Of a DNA stretch of 64,000 nt, positions 11,417 through 23,620 are shown piece after piece; position 1 is the stretch's first letter, and the number at the start of each line of letters is the position of its first letter. A model generated the notes under the pieces. That model had not been told where the DNA came from. It worked only from the letters and a program-made list of their open reading frames with translations, and ran no database searches. Both the position numbers and the translations under genes were made by a program. Where the stretch lies: NCBI GenBank assembly GCA_043228905.1, contig JBHGNT010000007.1, positions 13,826,001 to 13,890,000 of the forward strand, in the 5' to 3' direction. The stretch comes from Azolla caroliniana. Taxonomy: Eukaryota > Plantae > Polypodiophyta.

Positions 11417-14400
11417 GACACCGCGTTGCCAAATACCATCACTACCTTTGTGATATAAGATTCCTTCTACCAGGCAGAAGTTACGGCTCCGGACGACTAA
11501 TCGTTTCTTCTTGTCCGTGCGTAATTGTGGTGGAGGCAGTCCCGTAGTAAAGGTCGTTTCTGTTCCATAAGCCACCGGTTCGGAAAGGTCGTTTCTGTTC
11601 TTTCTGCTAGTGCTGCTACTCGCAGAATATCTGCATCCGGAAAGTCGTCGTCGTCCTTCTGCACCGTTTCTCCATTATTGAGTCTGCTCAAAAAATCTGC
11701 CACTGCGTGTTGCGTACCCGGACGATGTTGAATTACAAAATCGAATTCTTGAAGCAGCAACATCCATCACGCCGAATGATCCACATGAAACGTGAATTTC
11801 CTTCGTAACAAATAATGCCAGAATTTATTGATGCTATAGATCATCCCTAATGCCTCACGCTCCGTTGTGGAATAGTTACGCTCTGTTGTTGATAGTTGAC
11901 GACTAGCGTAGTACATTGGTCAGTACCAATTCGGTTCAGTGAGCTGCATGAGCGCATTTTCTATTGCTATGTCTGAGACGTCTACGAACACGTGGAATGG
12001 CTTCGCACAAACTGGTGGCTGTACAACGAGTGCCTGTCTTAGCATTATCTTGAGCGGCTCATAGGCCTTGTCCTCCGTTGCAGTCCATTGGAAGGGAGTC
12101 CAATGCACTGCGGCATGTAACGGCGTGGCGAAGTCCGCCAAGTATCGTATCATCCAACTATGCCATCGTATTTGTCCTAAAAACCGGTTGAGTGATTTCG
12201 CGTTTGTCGGAGTTTTGGCTTGAGTGATCGTGGAGATCTTGTTCGGATCGACCGCTATTCCCTCCTTGCTAACTATATGGCCTAGGAGAGTCCCACTAGT
12301 CACGCCGAAGGCCCATTTCGCGGTATTCAAGCTTAAGCGTGCGGTGCGGCATCATTCCAGGCACAGTTGCAGACGCGTGAAATGGTCGGTTTCTTTCCCA
12401 TATACCGCAAAATCGTCTAAAAACACTTGCATGAATACCGGAATATATTCCCCAAAGATCTCTGTGATTGTCCGTTGAAATGTCGTTGACGCCGTCTTTA
12501 GCCCGAACAACATGACGACTGCCATAAAGACTCCCAGTCCATGACAAATGCCGTCTTCTCTTGGTCATCGGGATGCATGCGTACTTGGTTGTAACCATTG
12601 AAGCCATCTAAAAAACTGTACATGTCATGCCCTGCGACGACGTCCAATATGCTATTGGTGAATGGCAAAGGGAATGCGTCCGTAATGGTTACGGCGTTTA
12701 ATTTTCGGTAATCCACGCATACTCGTATTTTGCCATTTTTCTTTGAAGCGACTACTATCGGACTTAACCATGTGGCTTGTTTAACTGGCCATATGAATCC
12801 CGCCTTTAGGAGTTTGTCAATTTCTTCTTTTACGCGGGTCGCGTAGTTTGGGTTCATGCGGTAGCGACGTTGCTAGACCGGTTTTGCGTTGATTGCTAAA
12901 TTAATCTTATGTTGATAGAACTTTGGATCAAACCCCTTCATGTCCTCGTGAGCCCAGGCGAACACATCTTTATATTTCTTGAGTAGTTTGATCATCACGT
13001 CTCTCTAGTCCGGCCTTAATTCTTCTGCGATGGAGAGGAAACGGGGTTCTCACGTCGTACCCACGTTTACTTCTTCTAGGGCTGAGGCAGTGACTCGTTG
13101 TGAAATTTCCATTTCCCTCTCGAATGTTGCCCGTGCTCTGCTTAGTTCTAATATTGACTCTGGGTTTGGTTCGTAAGCCTCGTCGTGGAGAGTAGTGGCC
13201 GTGGCATATTCTACCGTTGTTGCGATGACGTCAATTTCGAACAGCGGAATAATCCGAGGGTGCTCGTCGAGGTATGCCTCTAATTCTGCATCATCCACCC
13301 CAGCCAGCATATTTATATCTTCCGCATATAATGGTGTTATACCCTTGGATTGTGTCGCCCTTTCCTCCATTGGTACGCGAACCTTGGTGCACTCGTGTCG
13401 AAAACTGATACACTTGTGTTGCCAGCTCTGCTTGATATTCGCTACACGAAGCCACGGTCTGCCCAACAGCACAGGTTACGCCCCTAGGGCGTCAAGGGTG
13501 AGGACTACCGCCGAGATGTCGAAGCGATGTCCTCCCACGATAATGCCTATCTTGCGTATCAACCCCAATGGTCATACTGAGCAGGTATCTGCCATACGGA
13601 GCTAGAATGGGCAAGCCTCCCATTCTGAAATGCCTAACTGCTCGCATGTTTTCGCGCTAATTACATTAACGCCCGAGTTGCCATCGATTACACATCCTGG
13701 GATTTCCTGACTGTGTAATATCAATGTAATAGTCGGGTTGTGGTGATCCACTACAGACGGTCCGTCGCTAATGTCCGTGAAAGTCGTAGTGACGCTCACC
13801 TCGGGTATGCCTGTCACCCATTCTTCCATGGTCTGGCGGAAGCGCGGAACTAGTTGCAACAGCTTCTCCATGGTTAACGTTATCTCGCAGCCTGATAGTT
13901 CTTCCCAAATGGGGTCTGGGGCAATTCCTTCGTCCTCCACTAGCTCCATCGTTTTTGCGGACTCCTTCCGCATGCGTTTCGTATTTGTCGCGTTTGCTTT
14001 TTCAACCCATGCCTGGGTTGTTCGTCGTATCTCATCTTGCGTGGCCCAATGCGCCATTTTTGTTTGCTAATGTGTCATGACTTGTTGCACTTCCGCCATA
14101 ATCGCATTGACGGCAGGCCCCTTGCCCTTGCGTACTGGGCATTGTGTGGCATAATGTCTGGGCTGCTGACAGACAAAACAATGGATGCTAGATTCGCCCT
14201 TCTCGGCCCCTGGTGGTGTGTGCCGATCCCTCGGTGCGACTTGCTCCTCACGGTCCGGCTTCGTTTGCCAAAGCGTATGTGGTGGTTGTGGTTGGTCCCG
14301 GCGTGGTTCTTGGTGACGGTCATCGTCCGAGCTTTCGTCATATCGTCAGTGGTCTCGATATTGCCGCTGCTTTCCACGAGGTCCATTGAAGCCACCACAT

Positions 14401-15612
14401 TTGTTTGTCGGCTGGGGATTCTCATAGCGTCGGTCCCCCTCTCGCATATCTGGGGGGCCCACGGTAGTCCTCCTCCTCTGGATCGTCTTCCTCGGAATCG
14501 TTGTGATTCCGGCGATTCCGGTAGTGCCGATCGTCAGGTGGGTTGCGATCCATATACCGTGGTCGGTCGTCTTGCCTTCTTTGTTCAGTACGGTGTGGGG
14601 GACGCTGTGTGTCCATGCTGTGTACTGTGGGAGCGGCTCTGTTCAGAATATTGTATTCGCACTGCTCGAGTGTGTGAGCCTTCGAGTGACAGATTGGGCA
14701 GTGGATTCGCATGTTGCACTCCACTGAGGAATGCCCTGAATTCAAGCAAATCGTGCACTGGATTGCTTGACGAAAATGTCGTTCCTCGTCCTGAGGTAAC
14801 GCTTGTCATAAAGAGGACATAGAAAACCTTTCCTCTTCGTCATCCAGCTCGAGTTGTAACGCTTGTTCGATGACCATATCCGTTGTTTCCCCTTTCACGC
14901 TACTGTTGTTGAGCGTTGTCCGTATGGTTCGGCGTAATGCCGCCAGAAATGTCTTCCGAGCCTCATCCTCCACGGGGCCCCGTTCCAGTTTCTGCCATAA
15001 GTTTTGGAAACGTAAGCTAAAATCTGCGATCGTCTTGGTCAGCAGCTGCTTAATTGTGTAGAACTGTCCGAGGATTTCGCGTTGTGGAACCCTCCGATGG
15101 AAGAACCGCAAAAAGGCGGACTGCAGTTGGTCGAAGGTCCTGATTGTGGGCAGATCCATTTGTGAATGCCAAAACGCTGCTCGCCCATCCAATGTTAACC
15201 CGAACTCCATCATTTGGGACTGGTGCGCTACTGCCTCAGAAAGGCTCTACACCATGTGGTTTGCATTCCAGACATTGAGGAACAGGCGAATGTTGGTTGC
15301 GGCGTCGGTTTTGCCGTTAAAGCGGGGATAGGCAAAGGCCATGTTGGGGGCTACTGTGGGTAGGGAAAGACCATAGTGCGGTTGTGGTGAGCGTGCTTCC
15401 CGCGTATCGTCAAGGTATTTGGAGATCGGAAAATCACCTTTGTGGTCCCGACAGGTATTGCTGAGGTCGCTGAGGCGAGGCTTCTGTCGTGCATGTTCCT
15501 CTGCCTGTCGTGTGATGGACCTTGTGGTTGGCTGGTCTGGTCGTGTTGGTTCTCTAGGGCGTCGGCGGCTGAACATCCATTCGTCATTGTTCGTCTGTGA
15601 AAAGACACAGAT

Positions 15613-15626
15613 CACCAAGCGTGCCA
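15613..15626 (-). promoter_or_regulatory. PBS of element A, probably tRNA-Arg
   Basis: TGGCACGCTTGGTG 4 nt after 5' LTR; two C>T changes from TGGCACGCCCGGTG. Confidence 0.75.
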
Positions 15627-15630
15627 AAAG

Positions 15631-16080
15631 TGTTATCGACTAGGAACACGGTCTACGGTCAGTCCTTCGACCTAGACTTCCAAGCGACTGTGTGACAACG
15701 AATGGTAGCGGAGCACGCGTAATACTTAGTGGGATATTCCCTGTAACCTAGCAGAGTATAAGGGAGATGGCTACAATTGAGCTCCTTTGACAGTGGGCTA
15801 GCGCACACACCGTTACTTACTCCTACACTCTCAGATGTTACAAACACACAGTAGATTAGCCGTAGCTACACTCAAATATTAGAGAAGATAGAACTCTATT
15901 ACAATACGCCTCTTACATTCAAAATTACACGTTACCTCTATCAGAGGTTTTCTGCCCTTTATATACGCAGGGTCTTTTAGCCGTTCACGCTTCCCGCATG
16001 AACCGTTACATGTGTTACAATATTATACTATTTTGTATTCCTGCGCTCTTGTCTGTTGGTTACTATTCCGGCGGACAACA
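15631..16080 (-). repeat. 5' LTR of element A
   Basis: Matches 6553-7002. Confidence 0.96.
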
Positions 16081-16803
16081 CAAGTCACAAAGTTGGTACT
16101 TTCCTTAATACTTGTGCCACCTCTAGATGGAGATTGCAGGATTCAGGATTGGATGTTACAAAAAGGGAACATTGTTATTCCAATGCATAACATTACAACA
16201 CATTCAGTGTATATGTTGTTGCAACCTGTCCCATGGTTTCACAAACATGCAAATGCATTATGGAACCTACACAAAATGCAATCCTGGTGGAAAAACAGGC
16301 TTACAATCTTATGGAGCTTTGGTCTTCGACTTAAGCAACGGGTATTCCTATGGAGATGCCTATTGGGTGTGCTCCCGACTAATCGAATCTTCAAAAGAGA
16401 TCGATAGCCTCACCGCATTATGCAAGATGTGGTGGACGATTGGAAACGGTTCCACACTTATTATGGACTTGCTCATTCACTACAACATTTGTACAAAGCC
16501 TAAGTGCATCTCTTTATCACTGATTTCCTGGCCGAAGGTTTGGTAAACACTTTTGGATATTTGGACAAATTCCGTGCGCCCATTTGGACAACCCACAATA
16601 ATAAGGTCTTTGATCGAAACCAATTGCATGAGGTTAGCTTCTTTAAGCAATCCCTCAAGCAATCTCTATTTACAATCTTTACTTTGAATGCTTTTAAGTT
16701 CTTTAGTGTCTAATCGACACTTGTATATTTTTCTTTATTTTTTGTGAGTTTTTCACCTCACTTTGAGGTATCCCACTAGTAATAAAGGTGTTACTAAAAA
16801 AAA
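16081..16803 (+). pseudogene. L1 LINE 3' end (zf-RVT region, poly-A)
   Basis: KQRVFLWRCLLGVLPT and, in another frame, RCGGRLETVPHLLWTC; AATAAA followed by A8 ending at 16803. Confidence 0.8.
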
Positions 16804-17869
16804 GAACCATTTCTAGCCATTTTATTCAACTAAGCTTGTACAATTCTTTAGTAAATCAATGTTGTGCAGGTGTCGGGTGAGCTTGATGGTATCTCACTTG
16901 AGCACATTGGAATAAAATGAAGACCTTTTGCGAATCTAACTATACCTGGTGTGATACCTTAGTTTGGCCTTATACTTTTGTAACCGCTCAATGGGGTAAC
17001 TAACATACATATAGCAATAGACATATAGAGAAACAAACAAACATAGCTACATACATACAAACAAATTTGTTTTTAAACAATTTTAAATCTTAAATTTTAC
17101 AAATGTAATTTTATATTTCTTTTTAAAACACATCGCATAGTGATGGCACGTACGTGATGCCAATACTGACACACTTAGCCACATGTTTTGGCATTGCTGA
17201 CAACCTATTTTGTCATAGTCACTCTTCTCAACTCATGCCACACATGAACAACTTTTGAACATGAATTTTCTTTTATTTGTATTGATTCATTGCTTGTTGG
17301 CTCCAATTTGTATTTGATAGGTTCAATTTTTAGTTATGGAATATATTTTTTGTAGAAGAAAATATGGTGGTACAAATAGTAATCAAGTTTTGGTTCTCAA
17401 GCTCAAATCATTTTTACATTTTGAAACCTAAATGAAACCAAATTGAACAGTGACCTTTAAAGCTAAATTGTTTAAAGTGAAATTATTCAAACCAAACCGG
17501 ATAATCAATTTTCAAGCTCAAACTAAATGGGTAAAGAGATCTACAAATTGTCAAGATATTAGACCATGGTTTCACAGTTTAGCTTTTACTGAAACTAAAC
17601 TGTTGGTGATTGTACACTTAATTTTCAACTTTTCAAGGAAGAAAATTAGACACTTAAAAGAGGTTTTTTTTTTCCCAAAAGGAAGCTACTGTCCCATTAG
17701 TTATGAAGGATTATTACAAAGAGATTGTACAAGATGGCTTATACATAGATCGGGGATCTCCCTCCAATCAAGTTCGAGAAAATCAAACTAGTTACATTGC
17801 CTTTCAAACTGACTCACTTACTACCCGCCTTTCAGCGATAGCTAGTACGAGACAACTCCTAGGGTCGAC

Positions 17870-18524
17870 AACGAAGGGAGGGTGGTAACTGAGACGGAAA
17901 CAACTAGTGTGGGGGCTGGTAGTTCCACCTCGGGTCAGTTCCTCCTTGTGTCACCACAAAGATTGAAGAGTGCAAACGTGAAAGCAGGGTTGTAGAGCAT
18001 ATAGCGGGAGACCATTGTAAGTGAATCGGCCAGTGACAATTTGCAGAAGAAACTGGCCCTTTCCTCCTCCTTTTTACAATAGGAAACCAAGTTGGCCCTC
18101 CAGCAGGCTAGAGCCATTGAAACAAAATTACGGAAGTTCGTTGCGGTCGCGTAGCGGTTGCTACAAGCTGACCCTAGTTGCAATTGGTCTAGAGCTAAGC
18201 TGGAGGAAGCAAAGTTGAAGCTACGGGAAAGGACGTTGGAGAAGAACTGAATGCTATTTCGAAGGACCGCAACATGGTGGGCTAGAGCAGACGACAAGGT
18301 CAACCATTTCTTTCACTCCACGGCACCCAAGGGTGGTGGTGGACATATACAAGGGTTGCACAAACCGGGCGGTGTCGCGAAGTTTCGCGCGTGTGTGTTA
18401 CATGGGCGGGACCACAGGGGTCTTAGACTAGGGAGTACTCAAGGGATAGAGAAGACCCGAGGTTTGCTTTACGACAATACTACTTCCCGAGTCCTTCCCG
18501 AGCAAGGGCTCATTGCCCTCTTTT
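17870..18524 (+). pseudogene. probable L1 ORF2 fragment (endonuclease-RT linker)
   Basis: WWARADDKVNHFFHS...HIQGL resembles the L1 W...GD.NT.FFH motif; boundaries approximate. Confidence 0.45.
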
Positions 18525-18589
18525 TGTGAGGCCGGTGGCTTTCGTTGATCACGACTCGTCGACTTTTCGAGATCACCGCACAAACCAAG

Positions 18590-19165
18590 TGATCAAACGG
18601 GTACAAGCAAAGATGAGCACACAAGATGAACGCACAAGGGGACGATAACACAAACACGAATGCCCGTACGTCTTTATGAGGAGGAGAGGTGCATGGGCAC
18701 GCCCAAATGCTCCCTCGTCACAAGACGTCAAACGTACGAGGAAGACACAAAACACACACAGAAATGGTCATAAGCCTTTATGAGGAGGAGAGGTGCATGG
18801 GCAAGCCCGAACGCTCCCTCATCACAAGACAGCTGAACATACAAGGAAGTCACAAACACACAAACAAATGCTTGTACGTCTTTATGAGGAGGAGAGGTGC
18901 ATGGGCACGCCCGAAACGCTCCCTGATCACAAGACGGCCGAACGTACAAGGAAGACACAAACACAGACACCAAATGCTCGTACACCTTTATGAGGAGGAG
19001 AGGTGCATGGGCAAGCCCGAACGCTCCCTCATCACAAGATGATCGAACGTACAAGGAAGACACAAACACACACACAAAATGCTCGTACGCCTTTATGAGG
19101 AGGAGAGGTGCATGGGCACGCCCGAAACGCTCCCTCGTCACAAGACGGACGAGCGTACAAGTGGA
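18590..19165. repeat. tandem repeat, ~101-106 bp unit, ~5 copies, in putative LTR/5' region of D
   Basis: Recurring TTTATGAGGAGGAGAGGTGCATGGGCA(C/A)GCCC...TCACAAGA. Confidence 0.9.
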
Positions 19166-20679
19166 CAAGAACAAAGAAAGAAAGAAACACAAATGATATT
19201 GGCCAAAGAAATAAATACGTGTTCGATTCCAACGCAAGAGGACCCTTTATAAAATAGGGTTTGATTACAATGGCAACTTCTAGTTATCCACAAGATCAAT
19301 CAAAACATAAATACTAAAGGCCCTTAAAGACAAGAGCAAATCCGAACACGGTGAAGACGAACACACAAGCACCACCAAAATGCCAACCCGAATGAACCAC
19401 GACCACCCGAACGGCGAGCACACATGCTCGCAACGACGAACGAGGCAAAGCAAAGTTGAACCAACGAAGCTTGGGCTCACGAGCACTTCGAGTGCCAACA
19501 TAAAGAAGACGAGCACGTGGCGATGAGGGGATGAAGGGGTATGAGATGAAGAGAAGTGGTGAAGAAGAAGATGAAGAGCTCCGAAGGAAAAATGGTGATA
19601 GTCTCCTCCTCCCAAAACGTTGTCATGACATTCCCATGCCACGATGAGAAAATAACCTCTACCAATTTATATGAGCTTACTTCCCGGATTCACGATTTTC
19701 TTTTCATTTTCTCTCGTACGCCGAGATCGACGCGACAATGGTGAAACCAACGTGAAACGGGAAGTTAAGAGAGATGGAGAACCAAAAAGTAGTCTCGGAG
19801 CCACGAATCAACCAAGAAGTTGTTGTGGAGCCACAAATCAACGTGGTGCTTCAAATGATCTAAAGAATGATGCAAAGCCAAGAACGTGCAACTGCTCTTC
19901 AACGAATCGATCATGCTATTGACAAGCTCGTAGAGAAAATAGGTCTCTTTGAAGGTAAAAATATAACTAAATTCTTACAAGTATATGTTACTGAGATGGG
20001 TAGTAAAGGATTAAATCAACAGGATGTTCAAATGAATTTTGTGAGGATGGTTGAACTCCCTTTGAGAAGTAGAGTCTTTGAACTCACAACAAGTTCTAAT
20101 GATTGGGTTGCATTTGAGCAAGATTTATTAAATGAATACATGCTTGGTGATACAATCCGAGCATCAAGGAGGAGTTTCTTGGATTGGGTGGACAAAGAAG
20201 ACAAGAAGATTTCGGTGATGGAGTTGTTGAAAGAGTTTGAAGCTCGGTATAATCAATTAACGACGACCGAAAGGAATCTTTTGGAACAAGAGAAGGTCAT
20301 ATTATTCTTGAAGGCATTAGACCGATCCTATCAAGAAAAATTAGTTGCATTCCTTGAAGACTGGACTACACCCACTGGACTAGTGTCTGATTGGAATCGA
20401 GTACATGAAGCTTGCAACAGAATCAGCAAAAGAGCCCAATAGTGTGAGGATCTTTCGATTGCCGGAGGTATGAAAGATGAAGTGAAGACAACCATAAGGG
20501 AGGATACTGGGAGTCCGTCAACTATTTCCAAGGTACCCGAAAGAGTGATGGACGATCTTATCAAAGGTATAAAAGATCTTTCATTACATGTTGCAAAACT
20601 ACAAGCAGAAAAATCCTCACAACCCCAAAAAGATTATGAAAGATGTATATGGTGTGATAACATTGACCATTCAAGAGGA

Positions 20680-21476
20680 TGACGGGAACCCAACGTTCCT
20701 TATGAGCGATGCTCGGCCACAACCGAGCGTAGAATGACACACAGAAAAACGGGAAACAAAACACGATACAAAAGAGAGGAAGATACACACACACTACACA
20801 AGAGGTTTACGTGGAAAACCCCAAACTAGGGGAAAAACCACGGCAGCCCACAGGTTGCAAACTGTCACTATGTATGAATGTACAAAACAGTGAGTTCTCG
20901 GAGGCAACGACCTCGGACTCACGCTCTTCGCCACAAGCGGCGGTTACAACAGAGGCAACGACCTCTTTCTCACTCTCTCTATACACTATTACGTGCTCTC
21001 TCTTCTTCTTGCGCCAACAAGGAAAAGTAACCACAACTACTTTCTATTAGTTTGCCCTAAGTCATATTTATACTAATATGACTTTTCTTCTATTTACAAA
21101 TATAGCCTCGATGGGCTCTCAGAAACATATTTATGAATATGTCTCTTTCTCCGGTTCATACCGGGCCTGCACCATCCGGCTCTTCGTAGCCGGGTACTCC
21201 TCATCCGGTTCATACCGGGCCTGCACCATCCGGCTCTCCGTAGCCGGGTACTCCTCATCCGGTTCTTACCGGGCCTGCAACATCCGGCTCTCCGTAGCCG
21301 GGTACTCCTCATCCGGTTAAATACCGGGCCTGCACCATCCGGCTCTCCGTAGTCGGGTACTCCTCATCCGGTTCATACTGGGCCTGCACCATCCGGCTCT
21401 CCGTAACCGGGTACTCCTCAAACCGTTTCGACACTGTTCTTCTCCCTTCCCATCCGGAGGGACCTGTCTCCCAACA
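20680..21476 (-). mobile_element. solo LTR (copia type), 797 bp
   Basis: TG...CA termini; 5-bp TSD GAGGA (20675-20679, 21477-21481); splits the gag zinc knuckle of D; GGTTTTCCACGTAAA on minus strand. Confidence 0.88.
21150..21420. repeat. 54-bp tandem repeat x5 inside solo LTR
   Basis: TCCGGTTCATACCGGGCCTGCACCATCCGGCTCTCCGTAGCCGGGTACTCCTCA units at 21150, 21204, 21258, 21312, 21367. Confidence 0.95.
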
Positions 21477-22979
21477 GAGGAGGGTGTGATAACTATCAAG
21501 AAGCGATAGAAAGAGGGGTAATATTCTTCAAAGATGGTAAGATTCATTCTTCTGAATCTCGATTACCTCTCCGAACTAACTTTAGAAGAGGTGGTATGAG
21601 AAGGATCATCGAAGACGCGGAAGTAACTAGGACACAAGTTGTTTATCAACCAACAACTACAGTCATCCATGTTGGTGAAGGAGGATCTTAATCTGAATTT
21701 TGGCCGTGTATTTTGAAAGCTGCAAGAAAGGGTAAAATCGATTTTGAAAAGTTGAAGTCTGAAGGTGATGTTGTCCGAAGCAAAACTGGTTGGGAAGACC
21801 CAGTGGATGGCCTCTCAGCTTTTGCGAAGGTTCCAACAACCCAAGCCCATGAAGTGATCATCGAGGGAAACGGAAATGGGCGGAAAATGAAGATAACAAG
21901 AAGAGGGAGCTAAGAAGCGCTAAAAAGAGGGAGACAGAAAGTCCAAAAATGGTAAACCCTGACATTGAAAAAGGTAAGGATAAGAAGAGTCCCTAGTTCA
22001 AATTATTATCTGATATTGAAGCTTCAACTGGTTTAAAAAAAGTATTGGAAGAAAGAATTTTAGATAACAAAGTGGAACTTTCCTTGAGGGAACTTTTGGG
22101 CATAGCGAAAAAAGAATTTCATGATGCAATAATAGATGGGATTAAAAGAAAACGACAAAGTATTGAAGCTATCGAAAACCCAGGAAATGAAGTAAAGAAA
22201 GCAACAGTTGGAGTCCTCAAAGGTGAACCAAGCTCTTCCATTATTGGTACACAAGCTATTGCGACGACAACTTTTGAAGAGAAGCAAAAAGAGCTAAAAA
22301 GCTACTATGCTAAGAAACATTGGGCAAGAGCAACAACTGAGACACCCGTGAAGATTGAAAACCTTGAAGATCCGGTCATGGCCTTAATTGACCACGGCTC
22401 AAAAATTAATCTAATTTCTTATGATATTTATAGGAGGGTCGAAGCACGCTACGGTGTACCAGAAAAGTACTGTTTTTGGCCACAAAAATTGTCAGTACTT
22501 TCAATACTGTTAGTACTGAATAATTCAGAAAAAAAATTAGAGAAAAAGAAAATCGATTTTGGAGAGTGGGGTGACTGTAGTACAAGTGTCATTTACTGTA
22601 GAAGGAGTGGGGGGAACACGTGAGGAGATGTTCTTCCATTTTGGGGGCTATTTTCCCCTCACGTCGATTTTGGCGCTTCCCCTCACGTCGTTTTGGCGAT
22701 TCCCCTCATACTGTTCTTCCTCTATCTCTCTGAGCTTTTCATCACAGACATCCATGTCACGTTTCTGATTTTCCTTCAATCTAAATCTCAGACATCCATG
22801 TCTGGTTGGAGAGTTTGAGTTGAGGATTTCTAATTTTTTTAGGGTTTCTGTTTTTGTTAGGTTTCGGTTGAGGTACAGAGACTGTTCTGAGGGTTTAGAT
22901 AGCAGCCAATAGTCACTTCTTTGACAACGACTTTCGTACTTCCACCGATTGCAGTTGATGTCGTGGTGATTTGGGGCTT

Positions 22980-23563
22980 TTTCCACCAAATCGAGGCGGC
23001 ATTGGAGGTTCCTTCCACCAAATCGAGGCGGCATATCCAACGCTCCCTCCACCATTGGAGGTTCCTTCCACCAAATCGAGGCTGCATATCCACGCTCCCT
23101 CCACCATTGGAGGTTCCTTCCACCAAATCGAGGCGGCATATCCAACGCTCCCTCCACCATTGGAGGTTCCTTCCATCCATTTTTTTATTTTCAGTACTAA
23201 AATGTTTCATTTCTTCATATTTCAGTACTAAATTTTTAGAATTGACATTTGCCATATTTGATATGTAATTCTAATGTTTGAAACAAAATATTTCTCACTT
23301 TGCAGGCCACATTTAAAAACATTTGATTGTGTTTTCTTGGTTGAGTCTATATATCCACGCTCCCTCCACCATTGGAGGTTCCTTCCATCCATTTTTTTCA
23401 TTTTCAGTACTAAAATGTTTCATTTCTTCATATTTCAGTACTAAATTTTTAGAATTGACATTTGCCATATTTGATATGTAATTCTAATGTTTGAAACAAA
23501 ATATTTCTCACTTTGCAGGCCACATTTAAAAACATTTGATTGTGTTTTCTTGGTTGAGTCTAT
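22980..23563. repeat. ~52-bp tandem repeats followed by a ~210-bp direct duplication upstream of transposase
   Basis: Repeated CCACCATTGGAGGTTCCTTCCA..; block ending GGTTGAGTCTATAT occurs twice. Confidence 0.85.
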
Positions 23564-23620
23564 ATAACATTAACTACTTTCGCAAGACACTTAATTTTTG
23601 TGGATAAATCTAGTGACCGA

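Larger units (their letters stand above)
9599..15627 (-). pseudogene. degenerate gag-pol of element A
   Basis: Gag with C/H knuckles, PR (VIDGNSGVN), RT (FLDGFNGYNQ), RNase H, INT (H-H-C-C, WGLDFVGP, SDQGSHF, PQANGLAE, GPY motif). Confidence 0.93.
6553..16080 (-). mobile_element. Full-length Ty3/gypsy element A (non-chromovirus, Athila/Tat-like) with extra 3' ORF region
   Basis: Paired 450-bp LTRs 6553-7002 and 15631-16080 (TG...CA); 5-bp TSD CAAGT (6548-6552, 16081-16085); gag-PR-RT-RH-INT order on minus strand. Confidence 0.96.
19867..22435 (+). pseudogene. gag and start of protease of element D
   Basis: ORFs 19867-20442, 20470-20682, 21713-21913, 22045-22435. Confidence 0.75.

Noticed and set aside
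16804-17869. Possible MITE or host exon in AT-rich spacer
   Set aside because: No convincing TIR/TSD pair or recognisable protein found by eye.
18689-19237. Repetitive ORFs in tandem arrays (also 21078-21547, 22648-23268)
   Set aside because: By-products of short tandem DNA repeats with no coding signal.
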